Positions 18,749 through 28,252 of a stretch of DNA of 64,000 bases are shown here, in pieces. The notes under the pieces are model-generated. The model made no database searches, had not been told where the DNA came from, and saw nothing but the letters and a program-made list of their open reading frames with translations. Position 1 is the first letter of the stretch. Each line of letters begins with the position of its first letter. The stretch is from Terriglobia bacterium (GTDB lineage Bacteria; Acidobacteriota; Terriglobia; 20CM-2-55-15), in the NCBI GenBank assembly GCA_963664115.2, contig CAXWPJ010000006.1, positions 256,001 through 320,000 on the forward strand, in the 5' to 3' direction. Both the position numbers and the translations under genes were made by a program.

Positions 18749-19615
18749 ATGAGTCGAACAGTACTCCTCGCAGAAGATGAGCGGATCGCCTGGGTCGGCT
18801 CCATCCCTTTTTTCCTGATTCATCTCAGCCCGATCCTGTTGATCTGGACTGGCATCCGGTGGGTCGACGTGGCCCTTTGCGTCGCGTTATATATTGGCCG
18901 AATGTTTTTTATTTCCGCCGGCTATCATCGATATTTCGCCCATCGTGGCTACAAAATGGGTCGGGTCATGCAGTTTGTGTTCGCCTTCGGTGGGGCCACA
19001 GCGTCCCAGAAAGGTGTGCTCTGGTGGGCCGGATACCATCGTCACCATCACTGGTATTCGGATCAGCCTGAAGACATCCATTCTCCCAAGAAGGGCTTCT
19101 TCTGGAGCCACATGGGCTGGATTCTTTGTCCGAAATATAATCGAACGCCGTCCGAAGTGATCGAGGATTTTGCGAAGTATCCGGAGATCCGGTGGGTCGA
19201 CAAACACTATCTCGTGCCGCCCATCCTGCTTGCGGCCGTTTGTTACCTCGTGGGTGGTTCGAGCGCACTCGTGGGTGGTTTCCTGCTTTCGACAGTCATT
19301 CTCTTTCACGGTACGTTCATTGTGAACTCGCTGACGCATCTGTACGGACGGCGGCGGTATGAAACCTCGGATACGAGTCGGAATTCATTGCTGATCGCGC
19401 TCGTCACCGGCGGAGAGGGATGGCACAACAACCACCACTACTACGAAACGACGGCGAACAACGGCTTTTTCTGGTGGGAAATCGATACCAGCTACTATGT
19501 CCTGAAAATCCTCAGCTGGATGGGCCTGGTGTGGGATCTGCGCCTGCCGCCCAAGTTTGTTCTCGAAGGCCGCCACGCGAGCTTCGCCGACTACGAAACG
19601 GAACCGCCAAGTTAG
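18749..19615 (+). CDS. Acyl-CoA (delta-9-type) fatty acid desaturase
   Basis: His boxes HRYFAH, HRHHH, GEGWHNNHH. Confidence 0.93.
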   Translation: MSRTVLLAEDERIAWVGSIPFFLIHLSPILLIWTGIRWVDVALCVALYIGRMFFISAGYHRYFAHRGYKMGRVMQFVFAFGGATASQKGVLWWAGYHRHHHWYSDQPEDIHSPKKGFFWSHMGWILCPKYNRTPSEVIEDFAKYPEIRWVDKHYLVPPILLAAVCYLVGGSSALVGGFLLSTVILFHGTFIVNSLTHLYGRRRYETSDTSRNSLLIALVTGGEGWHNNHHYYETTANNGFFWWEIDTSYYVLKILSWMGLVWDLRLPPKFVLEGRHASFADYETEPPS

Positions 19616-19619
19616 GATG

Positions 19620-19682
19620 GGGACGGACACCTCGAACAAAATACACTCGCCGCGCCAAGATGCCACAGGGAGTGTCCGTCCC
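19620..19682. repeat. 63-bp REPIN/MITE-like element, copy 3
   Basis: GGGACGGACACCTC-N35-GGAGTGTCCGTCCC. Confidence 0.88.
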
Positions 19683-19696
19683 CCAATGTTCAAATC

Positions 19697-19972
19697 ATGT
19701 CCAAGCCGTTGAAAATTGCCATTCCTCTCATCCTGGGAGCCGGCTTTCTTGCGTATCTCGTCTATTCGTCTCTGGGGCTCGCATCAGTCACCTGTGAAGT
19801 TTGTATCCAGTTCAACGGACGGGTCGACTGCCGCATCGCTTCAGGGACAAGCGCTGACGAAGCGACCGACACGGGTCGCAACAACGCGTGTGCTCTGTTG
19901 ACGAATGGGCGGGACGAACTGATTGCCTGCACGCAGACGCAACCACAGAGCACCATGTGCGCCCTCGAGTAA
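19697..19972 (+). CDS. Small membrane-anchored Cys-rich hypothetical protein
   Basis: N-terminal TM helix followed by six Cys (TCEVC, DC, AC, IAC, MC). Confidence 0.75.
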   Translation: MSKPLKIAIPLILGAGFLAYLVYSSLGLASVTCEVCIQFNGRVDCRIASGTSADEATDTGRNNACALLTNGRDELIACTQTQPQSTMCALE

Positions 19973-20045
19973 TCTCCCCGACTGCCGGACACCGCGTGTT
20001 TCTTCATATTCGAACCCTTTCTGCCGTTCGAGCGTCGAAGTATCT

Positions 20046-20070
20046 TAGCCGCCTGTGTCACAGGCGGCTA
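20046..20070. repeat. Perfect 25-bp palindrome
   Basis: TAGCCGCCTGTG-T-CACAGGCGGCTA. Confidence 0.7.
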
Positions 20071-20100
20071 TGGGTGGTTCGTAACAAAGGAGGTTCTTCC

Positions 20101-20817
20101 ATGAGCTTGCTCAGGTTGGTTCTGGTTTATTCCCTGATGGCGTCCCCGCCACTGTGGGCACAGTCAGAGGCAGACACCGATTCCGTCCTCACGGTTCAGG
20201 GAAGCGCGGAGGTTCGCGTCGTTCCCGATCTTGCGGTTGTGCGGTTGGGAGTCGTCGAACAGGCGTCGACAGCCGAGGATGCGCAGGACGGCGTCAACGG
20301 CGTGGTGAACCGGATCATAAACGCGCTCAGAGCTGCCGGCATTGAGGAAAGTGACGTACAAACATCCCGCCTCACCTTGTCTCCGGTGTATTCACGGCAG
20401 CGTCCGGACGGAAACCAACCGCCAGCTATCATTGCTTACCGTGCGGCCAACACCATCACAGTCCGCGTTGAGGCGCTTGATAGGATTGGAGAGGTCATCG
20501 ATGTGGCCCTGGGTGCCGGTGCCAACCAACTTGAGGGTGTGTCGTTCGAATTACAGGACGACAGTGCCTCCCGGCAGGCGGCTTTAAGGGACGCCGTAGG
20601 TGAAGCGCGAGACAAGGCCGAGGCCATCGCGGATGCGCTGGGCGTAGCACTTGTTTCAATTCTGTCCGTCAACGAAGGCGGCGTTATGATCGGCAGGCCA
20701 GTCATGGAGATGAGCCGTGCCCTGTCTCTTCAGCAGGGTGCGCCCACTCCCGTTTCACCTGGAGAGGTGTCGGTGGGTGCATCCGTGACGATTCAGTATC
20801 GCATCGAAGCGGACTGA
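20101..20817 (+). CDS. SIMPL domain (DUF541) periplasmic protein
   Basis: TVQGSAEVRVVPDLA, GAN, ARDKAEAIA, PGEVSV; GGAGG RBS. Confidence 0.92.
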   Translation: MSLLRLVLVYSLMASPPLWAQSEADTDSVLTVQGSAEVRVVPDLAVVRLGVVEQASTAEDAQDGVNGVVNRIINALRAAGIEESDVQTSRLTLSPVYSRQRPDGNQPPAIIAYRAANTITVRVEALDRIGEVIDVALGAGANQLEGVSFELQDDSASRQAALRDAVGEARDKAEAIADALGVALVSILSVNEGGVMIGRPVMEMSRALSLQQGAPTPVSPGEVSVGASVTIQYRIEAD

Positions 20818-20847
20818 ACTACAGTTGGACCGCTGGCTTGGGACCCT

Positions 20848-21642
20848 ATGAAAGTCGTTCTGATCACAGGTGCATCCTCCGGTATTGGACGTGCCACTGC
20901 CCTCGAGCTCGCTTCCCCAGAAGTCACTCTGATCCTCGTTGCCCGGCGCATTGAGCTCCTGGAAACATTGGAGGCCGAAGTCCGGCAAACTGGCGGGGCT
21001 GCGATGAGCATTCCGGCCGATCTCAGTGTTTCCGAGAATGTGGACCGCATGATGGCCAGCGCTCTGGAGCGTCACGGGAGAATAGACGTCCTGATCAACA
21101 ACGCCGGAGTCGGTTACTACGGGACGGTAGAGCACATGTCCCGGGAAGTTATGGGCGAGATACTCGCTCTGAACTTTACTGCGCCTGTGATCGCCATACA
21201 GCGTGTGTTACCCATCATGAAGGCCAAGGGGCGGGGACACATCATCAACGTGTCGTCGGTGGTCGGGAAGAGGGGATTGCCCCTGTCGGGAATCTATTGC
21301 GCCTCGAAGTTCGCACTGGGAGGCATCAGCGAGTCCCTGAGGGTCGAACTCAGGGACGCGGGCATCCACGTAAGCCTGATCTATCCGGTCGCAACCGAGA
21401 CTGAATTTTTCGGTGCTGTGCGCAGAGGCGACGTGAAAGGGGAGTTTTCTCCGGCCGGGTACGTACAACCGGCCCGGGACGTGGCCCGGGCCATCGCGCG
21501 TTGCATCCGCAGGCCGCGTGCAGAAGTCTATCCCTACAGGAGAACTCGGTTGCTAGTCTGGTTCAACGCCCTGTTTCCTACTGTCGTGGACAGAATGATG
21601 ACGCCTTATGTTCGGGAGCGACTTGAGGCAAAGTCGAAATAG
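20848..21642 (+). CDS. SDR family oxidoreductase
   Basis: TGASSGIG, NNAG, YCASK. Confidence 0.95.
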   Translation: MKVVLITGASSGIGRATALELASPEVTLILVARRIELLETLEAEVRQTGGAAMSIPADLSVSENVDRMMASALERHGRIDVLINNAGVGYYGTVEHMSREVMGEILALNFTAPVIAIQRVLPIMKAKGRGHIINVSSVVGKRGLPLSGIYCASKFALGGISESLRVELRDAGIHVSLIYPVATETEFFGAVRRGDVKGEFSPAGYVQPARDVARAIARCIRRPRAEVYPYRRTRLLVWFNALFPTVVDRMMTPYVRERLEAKSK

Positions 21643-21668
21643 AACTGAAATAGAGCCGAAATAGAACG
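21636..21668 (+). repeat. 3 x 11-nt tandem repeat
   Basis: GAAATAGAACT GAAATAGAGCC GAAATAGAACG, starting across the SDR stop codon. Confidence 0.6.
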
Positions 21669-21673
21669 GTTAC

Positions 21674-21976
21674 TCAGGTTCCCCGGAGGCTCAAGGTGCG
21701 GAACCGCTCTTTACACTCCTTGCAACGATAAGCCTTCCAGAAAAGAAAGGTTTTTTCGAGTCCGTGTCGCCGCGAGCGGCGGGCTTCTCCGCCGCATTTG
21801 GGACATTTGCGCTCTCGTGGAGGTCTGACCGACTTGAGCCACAAAGCGCCATTCTGTATCCGGTCACACTTCAGGCAGGAAAATGGTCGCCGGAGAAGCA
21901 CCAGGGCCAAGTAATCGGTGAATGTCCGGAGTGCGGTTGCCTGCCAGTGTGTGTTGTTGCAGCGCGAACAGTGCAT
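21674..21976 (-). CDS. Double zinc-ribbon hypothetical protein
   Basis: Four CxxC pairs arranged as two repeats (CSRC..PFSCLKC; CPKC..AYRCKEC). Confidence 0.7.
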   Translation of the reverse strand: MHCSRCNNTHWQATALRTFTDYLALVLLRRPFSCLKCDRIQNGALWLKSVRPPRERKCPKCGGEARRSRRHGLEKTFLFWKAYRCKECKERFRTLSLRGT

Positions 21977-22127
21977 TGGAATAACGGCTCCGTGAGGATT
22001 TCAAGATAACTCATTTAATACGGTTTATGCAGGGTCGTGGTTACACACGGAGAGCTTTTGCGCGATGGAATCAACTGGGGCAGGTTAGAGGGGACCGGCG
22101 ATAGGCGGGGACAGGAGGGGACGGAAG

Positions 22128-22190
22128 GGGACGGACACTTCAGTCGAAATAGCGCCATCAGGCGAAGATGTAGCGGGAAGTGTCCGTCCC
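22128..22190. repeat. 63-bp REPIN/MITE-like element, copy 4
   Basis: GGGACGGACACTTC-N35-GAAGTGTCCGTCCC; preceded by stuttered GGGGAC partial copies. Confidence 0.9.
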
Positions 22191-22191
22191 C

Positions 22192-22407
22192 TTAGTGGCG
22201 ATCCTGCCACTCTTCGTACCAGGCCATTTGTATCGCTTCGAGCTTCTTTTCATTGGATGCTTTCGGGTCGTCGGCGAAATCCTCCAGTTCAGTCGTCCAA
22301 CGGTGGAGATCGGTGAAACGGACGCCGAGTGGATCGGTTTCGGGAAAGCGATCGCACAAGGCGAGGGCGATGTCTTCGGTATCGGTCCAGTCCAGTTGTC
22401 TCTTCAT
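22192..22407 (-). CDS. iscX: Fe-S cluster assembly protein IscX
   Basis: LDWTD..DIA..L, VRFTDLH.W, LEAIQMAW; operon context. Confidence 0.95.
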   Translation of the reverse strand: MKRQLDWTDTEDIALALCDRFPETDPLGVRFTDLHRWTTELEDFADDPKASNEKKLEAIQMAWYEEWQDRH

Positions 22408-24206
22408 TGGATTTCCCTGACGCGTTTATTCTTGAGCGCCTTGCCGATGGCGGCAGTCATGATGAGTTCTGCAACCCGCATGGTCTTTTCGTTGAGTTGC
22501 TCTATGGCGTCCCGTATGACCTGGTGATCTTCAGTATTGATAGCTTCCCTGAGAGCCTCCACCGCAGTCTCAATTTCCTGTTTTTCTTCCGTGGGAAGCT
22601 GCACGTACTCTTCGTTCACACGACTCCGTTCGCAGGCGTCCAGGACCGTTCGGGCCTCGTTTCGTGCTTCGATCACCAGTCGGACGTCTATGTCTGCCTC
22701 TGCATGCTCGAACGACTCCAGTATCATCGTTTCAACCTGTTCATCCGTAAGTCCATACGTGGGCTTGATGTCGACGGACTGGAACTTGCCGGTCCGTTTT
22801 TCCATTGCTGAAACGTTCAGGATGCCGTCCGCGTCGATCAGGAATTTGACCTCGATCCGTGGCAGTCCGGCGGGCATGGGCGGAATATTCTTGAGATCGA
22901 ATTCCGCGAGGCTCCGGCAGTCCTCGACCAGCTCTCTTTCGCCTTGTAAGACGTGAATCTTGACGTTGGTCTGACCCTCTACGTACGTCGTAAAGGATTC
23001 GGTTGCACTGGCCGGGACCGTGGAATTTCGCGGAATGATCGTAGACATCACACCGCCGATCGTTTCGATGCCCAGCGAGAGCGGCGACACGTCCAGAAGC
23101 AAGGTGTCACGGCGGTTGCCGGATAGGATATCGGCCTGTACTGCGGCGCCCAGCGCTACGACCTCGTCGGGGTTCAGTTCGGTGTGGAGTGCCCGTCCGA
23201 AGAGCTCCGCGACTCGGCTCCGGACCAGGGGGACGCGCGTCGAACCCCCGACCATCACAACCTCATCGATCGCCCTGGCCTCGAGAGCAGCGTCTTTCAG
23301 AGCCTGGCGACAGGGAACGAGGGTCCGTTCGATGATTGCGGCAATGCGTCCATCAAATTCATCACGGCTCAATACCCTCGAATAGTTCAATTCTGGCAGC
23401 TCGATATCTGTCTTTTCGGACGCCGAAAGATCCTCTTTCGCTTTGCGCATGGCCGCGCGCACCACCCCGAGGCCCCGGTTGTCGAGTTCTGCCTTCGTTT
23501 CTTCCTGTACCATACGGATCAGTGCCTGGTCGATGTCGTCTCCGCCGAGGTGTGTGTCGCCGCTGGTGGAGAGAACCTCGAAAATGCCTTCAGTCAATTT
23601 GAGGATGGAGATATCAAAGGTGCCGCCGCCGAAATCGTAGACAGCGATAATGCCCTGTTTTTTCTCCTGGAGTCCGTAGGCCAATGAAGCAGCTGTGGGT
23701 TCATTGACGATGCGTAAGACGTCGAGTCCTGCGATCCGCCCCGCATCTTTGGTGGCTTGCCGCTGGGCGTCGTTAAAGTAGGCCGGGACCGTAATGACCA
23801 CGTTCGTGATTTCTTCCGCAAGATCAGATTCGGCGCGTTCCTTGAGTTCTCGAAGCACGAAAGCCGACAGTTCAGGCGGTGTGTAGGCCCGGCCCCCAGC
23901 GTTTATCCGAATAATGTTATCGCTCTCGGATGAAGCTTCGAACGGGAGAAGAGACAGGTCATCCCTAACATCCTCAATCCCTTTCCCCATGAACCGCTTG
24001 ATCGAAAATATAGTGTGGCCCGAATCGTCAAACATCTTCTCGAGGGCCGCGTTTCCCACGCTTACGGATTGGTCTGCGCCGAAATGAATCACCGACGGGA
24101 CCATGCGGCTCCCGTCGGGTCCTGCAATAATCCGGGGCGTACCGTCCTCCGCTACTGCCACGAGGCTGTTTGTCGTTCCGAGGTCAATACCTACGATTCT
24201 CGCCAT
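22404..24206 (-). CDS. hscA: Fe-S protein assembly chaperone HscA
   Basis: Hsp70 motifs GIDLGTTNS, TVPAYF, NPDEVVA; lies after hscB. Confidence 0.93.
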   Translation of the reverse strand: MARIVGIDLGTTNSLVAVAEDGTPRIIAGPDGSRMVPSVIHFGADQSVSVGNAALEKMFDDSGHTIFSIKRFMGKGIEDVRDDLSLLPFEASSESDNIIRINAGGRAYTPPELSAFVLRELKERAESDLAEEITNVVITVPAYFNDAQRQATKDAGRIAGLDVLRIVNEPTAASLAYGLQEKKQGIIAVYDFGGGTFDISILKLTEGIFEVLSTSGDTHLGGDDIDQALIRMVQEETKAELDNRGLGVVRAAMRKAKEDLSASEKTDIELPELNYSRVLSRDEFDGRIAAIIERTLVPCRQALKDAALEARAIDEVVMVGGSTRVPLVRSRVAELFGRALHTELNPDEVVALGAAVQADILSGNRRDTLLLDVSPLSLGIETIGGVMSTIIPRNSTVPASATESFTTYVEGQTNVKIHVLQGERELVEDCRSLAEFDLKNIPPMPAGLPRIEVKFLIDADGILNVSAMEKRTGKFQSVDIKPTYGLTDEQVETMILESFEHAEADIDVRLVIEARNEARTVLDACERSRVNEEYVQLPTEEKQEIETAVEALREAINTEDHQVIRDAIEQLNEKTMRVAELIMTAAIGKALKNKRVREIQ

Positions 24207-24769
24207 TAGTGCGCCACCTCGCTTTCTATGTCCCGTTCCATGTTTCGTATGTAGGCGGAGTGAGCAAGGATGTCGGCCAGTTTGGACAATTGCTCTCTAC
24301 GCATCTCGTCCGAGCCCGGATCCGATATCAACCCGTCCCATTTAGAGAACGCCTCCTGAAGCCGCTGGTCATAGTCCTCCCGCATCCGGGAAATATGTAC
24401 CCTGGAGCCTTCCAGCGCTTCGACGAGTGCGTCCGTGTCATCTCCGGCTGCCCGGGCTGCCCGCAGCTGTTCCATTTCTTCGTTGACCTCGAAAACCTCG
24501 GCGAGCAAAGCCTGGGGTACCTTGCTGGAGTCCACCTCAAAACCCTGGGACCGGACCAGGTATTCGGCCCGTTTGCTGGGTTCTCTTAACGTTCTGTAGG
24601 AATCGTTCAACAGAGCGGTCATCCGCAGCGCGCGCTCGCGTTCCTCCGGTGGTGAGCTAGTGTGAAAGTCCGGATGGTATTGCCGGCTCAAGGTGTGGAA
24701 CTTTCTTTCCAGACTGTCGAGATCGATGTTCAGTACGGGTTCTAGGTTAAACACTTCGAAGTAATTCAT
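24206..24769 (-). CDS. hscB: Fe-S co-chaperone HscB
   Basis: NYFEVF, J-domain HPD, RAEYL. Confidence 0.93.
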   Translation of the reverse strand: MNYFEVFNLEPVLNIDLDSLERKFHTLSRQYHPDFHTSSPPEERERALRMTALLNDSYRTLREPSKRAEYLVRSQGFEVDSSKVPQALLAEVFEVNEEMEQLRAARAAGDDTDALVEALEGSRVHISRMREDYDQRLQEAFSKWDGLISDPGSDEMRREQLSKLADILAHSAYIRNMERDIESEVAH

Positions 24770-24783
24770 TGCTGCCGGACCTG

Positions 24784-24813
24784 AAAAAAAGGGCCGTTGT
24801 TAAACGGCCCTTT
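24784..24813 (-). terminator. Intrinsic terminator between iscA and hscB
   Basis: Minus strand GGGCCGTT-taac-AACGGCCC-TTTTTTT. Confidence 0.75.
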
Positions 24814-24835
24814 GAAATCGAACACGCGGGCGCTG

Positions 24836-25162
24836 TCAAATAGAGAAGGAGTCTCCGCACCCGCATGTATTTTTGGCGTTGGGGTTCATGAAGGCGAATC
24901 CCTTTCCTGTCAGCCCGTCGTCAAAATCAAGAACCGTGTTGTTCAGGTAGATATAGCTTTTCAAATCACAGAACAGCTGCACGTCTTCCCGTTCAAAGAC
25001 CTTGTCACCTTTACGCGTTTCGGTTTCGAAGCCCAGATTGTATGAGAGTCCGGAACAACCGCCGCCTTTGACGCCCACCCGCAGCCCACCGGCATCAATC
25101 CCTTCCTTTTGCCGGAGCGTCTTGATCGCTTCGACCGCACGATCTGTGAGCTCAATCGCCAT
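24836..25162 (-). CDS. iscA: A-type Fe-S carrier IscA
   Basis: GGGCSGLSY, NPNAKNTCGCGDSF. Confidence 0.95.
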   Translation of the reverse strand: MAIELTDRAVEAIKTLRQKEGIDAGGLRVGVKGGGCSGLSYNLGFETETRKGDKVFEREDVQLFCDLKSYIYLNNTVLDFDDGLTGKGFAFMNPNAKNTCGCGDSFSI

Positions 25163-25183
25163 AACCGTTAACCTTCTGAGACC

Positions 25184-25591
25184 TTAGCCTTTTGTCCCGT
25201 TGTCGTTGTCGGGATGCTTGGTCTTCCAGTCCGATATCGCAGCCTTGATCGCGTCCTCGGCGAGCACCGAGCAGTGGATCTTGACCGGAGGGAGACTGAG
25301 CTCTTTAACGATCTCGGTATTCTTGATGGCGAGCGCCTCATCCAGCGTCTTGCCCTTGACCCACTCCGTTGCCAGGCTGGAGCTTGCGATCGCACTACCG
25401 CAACCGAATGTCTTGAACTTCGCGTCCTCGATGACGCCGCTGTCTTCATCGATCTTTATCTGCAACTTCATCACGTCTCCGCATTCGGGAGCGCCAACCA
25501 GCCCGGTGCCGACGTCGTCTTCATCCTTCTTAAACGATCCTACGTTGCGAGGATTGTTGTAGTGGTCAACAACTTTTTCTGAATATGCCAT
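25184..25591 (-). CDS. iscU: Fe-S scaffold IscU
   Basis: APECGD, FGCGSA, LPPVKIHCS. Confidence 0.97.
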   Translation of the reverse strand: MAYSEKVVDHYNNPRNVGSFKKDEDDVGTGLVGAPECGDVMKLQIKIDEDSGVIEDAKFKTFGCGSAIASSSLATEWVKGKTLDEALAIKNTEIVKELSLPPVKIHCSVLAEDAIKAAISDWKTKHPDNDNGTKG

Positions 25592-25605
25592 CTGTCATCT
25601 TCTCC

Positions 25606-26829
25606 TTATTCTCCCGACCAGTTAACGGTGCTCAGATCGATTCCTTCCTTGACCATTTCATAGAGCGGCGACAATTCCCGCAACCGGCGTACGGTCCGCG
25701 TGACTTTCTCAGCGACATAGTCGACTTCCTCTTCGGTATTGAACCGTCCGATTCCGAAACGAATCGACGTGTGCACCAGTTCCTCACCGACCCCCATCGC
25801 CTTGAGCACATATGAGGGTTCGAGGCTGGCGGAAGTGCATGCGGATCCTGAAGAAACGGCAATGTCTTCGAGTCCCATCAGCAAGGATTCGCCTTCCACG
25901 TAAGCGAAACTCATGTTGAGATTTCCGGGTACACGCCGATCCGGATCACCGTTAATAAAGACTTCGTCCAGGTTCTCCTCAAATTTGCGACGCAACCGTT
26001 CGCGCAGCCCCAAAATCCGGACGGACTCCTCTTCCAGCTCTTCCTGCGCGATTTCTGCAGCTTTGCCGAAACCTACAATTCCGGGGACGTTTAAGGTGCC
26101 CGAACGCATTCCGCGTTCGTGGCCACCACCATCGATAATCGGGCTCAACAGCACGCGGGGATTTCTACGGCGTACGTATATCGCGCCAACACCTTTGGGG
26201 CCATACATCTTGTGCGCGCTCAGCGAGGCGATATCGACATTCAAGTCCTGGACGTCGAAAGGAATCTTGCCTGCGGCCTGCACGGCATCGGTATGGAAAA
26301 GAACTCCGTGCTCCCGGGCAATCCGGCCGATTTCCTGAATGTCCTGAATGACGCCCACCTCGTTGTTAACGGCCATAATCGATATCAGGATCGTCTTATC
26401 GGTAATGGCGCTCTTGAGCTCGTCGAGATCGATCAGGCCATTCGTGGCTACGGGCAGGAGGGTCACGCGTATCCCGTTCTTTCCAAGGTGCTTCGCACTA
26501 TCGAGGATTGCCTTGTGTTCCGTAACGCAGGTGATGACGTGGTCGCCTTTCTGGCTGTACATTTCGGCGACACCCTTCAGGGCCAGGTTGTCGGATTCAG
26601 TTGCGCCACTGGTGAAGACGATTTCTTTCGGGCTCGCGTTGATCAGAGCCGCCACCTGTCGCCGCGCTCGATCCACGGCCTCCTCGGCATCCCAGCCGAA
26701 CTTGTGATTGCGGCTGGCTGCATTGCCGAAGTTTTCGCCGAAGTACGGCAACATTGCCTCCAGAACCCGAGGATCGACCGGCGTTGTCGCGTGGTTGTCC
26801 ATGTAAATGGGTTGAGTTATAGTCGTCAT
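25606..26829 (-). CDS. iscS: Cysteine desulfurase IscS
   Basis: [27 protein letters not shown]. Confidence 0.97.
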   Translation of the reverse strand: MTTITQPIYMDNHATTPVDPRVLEAMLPYFGENFGNAASRNHKFGWDAEEAVDRARRQVAALINASPKEIVFTSGATESDNLALKGVAEMYSQKGDHVITCVTEHKAILDSAKHLGKNGIRVTLLPVATNGLIDLDELKSAITDKTILISIMAVNNEVGVIQDIQEIGRIAREHGVLFHTDAVQAAGKIPFDVQDLNVDIASLSAHKMYGPKGVGAIYVRRRNPRVLLSPIIDGGGHERGMRSGTLNVPGIVGFGKAAEIAQEELEEESVRILGLRERLRRKFEENLDEVFINGDPDRRVPGNLNMSFAYVEGESLLMGLEDIAVSSGSACTSASLEPSYVLKAMGVGEELVHTSIRFGIGRFNTEEEVDYVAEKVTRTVRRLRELSPLYEMVKEGIDLSTVNWSGE

Positions 26830-26840
26830 CCTCGTGTCTC

Positions 26841-27311
26841 CTAGTCTCGACTTCCCAATTCCAGGGGTTTCAGAATTCTTATCCCGGTCTTGTCAGCGTT
26901 CATCTCAAGCAATTCGGTCTCGGCCAGTTCGTGGATGGTGGTTTCCATCAACACCTGGATTACTTTTTCCTTGATGCCGCGAAGAGGATCCCGGATCGAA
27001 CACAATCGGAATTGCTCGCAGTCATCGTCAACTTCGCAGGGGGTCATCGTGATTGGACCCTCCAGCGCTTCAATAACCTCGATGACACCGATTGATTTCG
27101 GCATCCGAGCCAGAGCGTATCCGCCGGTGGGGCCGGCATGGGATAGCAGCAAACCCTTGCGAACGAGTCGTTGAAGAACCTTGGCCAACAGTTCTGACGG
27201 GATGTTATAGGTGCGGGCGATTTCGGGAGCACTGTGGGACTGCTCAGTATTCAAAGTCAGGTGTTTTAGCGCGATCAACCCGTAATCTGTTCTTTTGGAT
27301 AGCCTGAACAT
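26841..27311 (-). CDS. iscR: Rrf2 family regulator (IscR-like)
   Basis: Winged HTH (GPTGGYAL), C-X5-C-X5-C; first gene of the isc operon. Confidence 0.8.
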   Translation of the reverse strand: MFRLSKRTDYGLIALKHLTLNTEQSHSAPEIARTYNIPSELLAKVLQRLVRKGLLLSHAGPTGGYALARMPKSIGVIEVIEALEGPITMTPCEVDDDCEQFRLCSIRDPLRGIKEKVIQVLMETTIHELAETELLEMNADKTGIRILKPLELGSRD

Positions 27312-27393
27312 CGTGACTTCTCAGCTGCGGCGGTATACGCCCGGTTCTACACCTCTTTTTTCCTGCATTTTCTTGATTGTGGCTCGCGATCAT

Positions 27394-27434
27394 ATTCCCG
27401 ACATAAACCATCGCCGATCAAAAGTGTCGGGTAT
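27394..27434. promoter_or_regulatory. Putative Rrf2/IscR operator
   Basis: Inverted repeat ATTCCCGACA...TGTCGGGTAT upstream of iscR, resembling IscR type-1 half-sites. Confidence 0.6.
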
Positions 27435-27565
27435 ATAAGCAAGAGTAGGTGATGGCCTGTACTGCGGTCAAGCCCAAAGTGTGGAGGGCTTTGGCCGAGG
27501 CCGTCTGCGAGGGGATCATGGCTGCATAAGCCATTGTTTTCAAAAGGTATATGAAATTCATTCGA

Positions 27566-28252
27566 CTATTCTTGAGCTGCGATGTCAAGAAGTCCGAGGA
27601 GGCCACTAAGGTCCTGAATGCGGGGTTTCCCATCTGCGGACTTTGGCGCGAACCGATCCACGAGAATGCTGTACAAGCCCGCCGCCGCCGCACCGTTAAA
27701 GTCCTGTTCGACGTCGTCGCCCGCAAATAGTGCTTCCGCCGGTGCCACTTCCAGCGCTTTGGCTGCTGCCAGGAAGATCCGTTGGTCCGGCTTGGAGTAA
27801 CCGGAGGACTGAGCTGTGACAACGGTATCGAAATATTGCGCAATCCTGAGGTCGTCGAGGACCCCGCTGAGTCGGGAATCGAAATTAGAAACCACGCCGA
27901 GTCCGTATTGATTTTTCTTCAACGTTTCGAGTACCGAAATTGTTTCCGGGTAGCATTGCCAACCCTGGTCGGATCTGAAAACTTCGTAGACTTCCTCGAA
28001 GAAGGCGTCGAACCGCGGGAATGGCCCTAGATTGGCAAACACGGATCCTACCAAGGACTTCCACTCGGCTTTTTCGATAGGTACTCCGCGGGCATTCACC
28101 AGACGTAAGAATTCCTGGTCGATCGCGTTCGCATCGGTGTGAAAATCGTAAGCGGCGGCGACGCCTCCGTAGATTTTTCCAATCGTTCCGCGCGAGTGGA
28201 ACAGCGTACCCACTGCGTCAAAGAGGACTGCTCGGATCAAAGTTCGACCCAA
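27566..28252 (-). CDS. HAD-superfamily hydrolase (subfamily IA)
   Basis: FDAVGTL, VSNFD, KPD, GDD. Confidence 0.9.
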   Translation of the reverse strand: MGRTLIRAVLFDAVGTLFHSRGTIGKIYGGVAAAYDFHTDANAIDQEFLRLVNARGVPIEKAEWKSLVGSVFANLGPFPRFDAFFEEVYEVFRSDQGWQCYPETISVLETLKKNQYGLGVVSNFDSRLSGVLDDLRIAQYFDTVVTAQSSGYSKPDQRIFLAAAKALEVAPAEALFAGDDVEQDFNGAAAAGLYSILVDRFAPKSADGKPRIQDLSGLLGLLDIAAQE

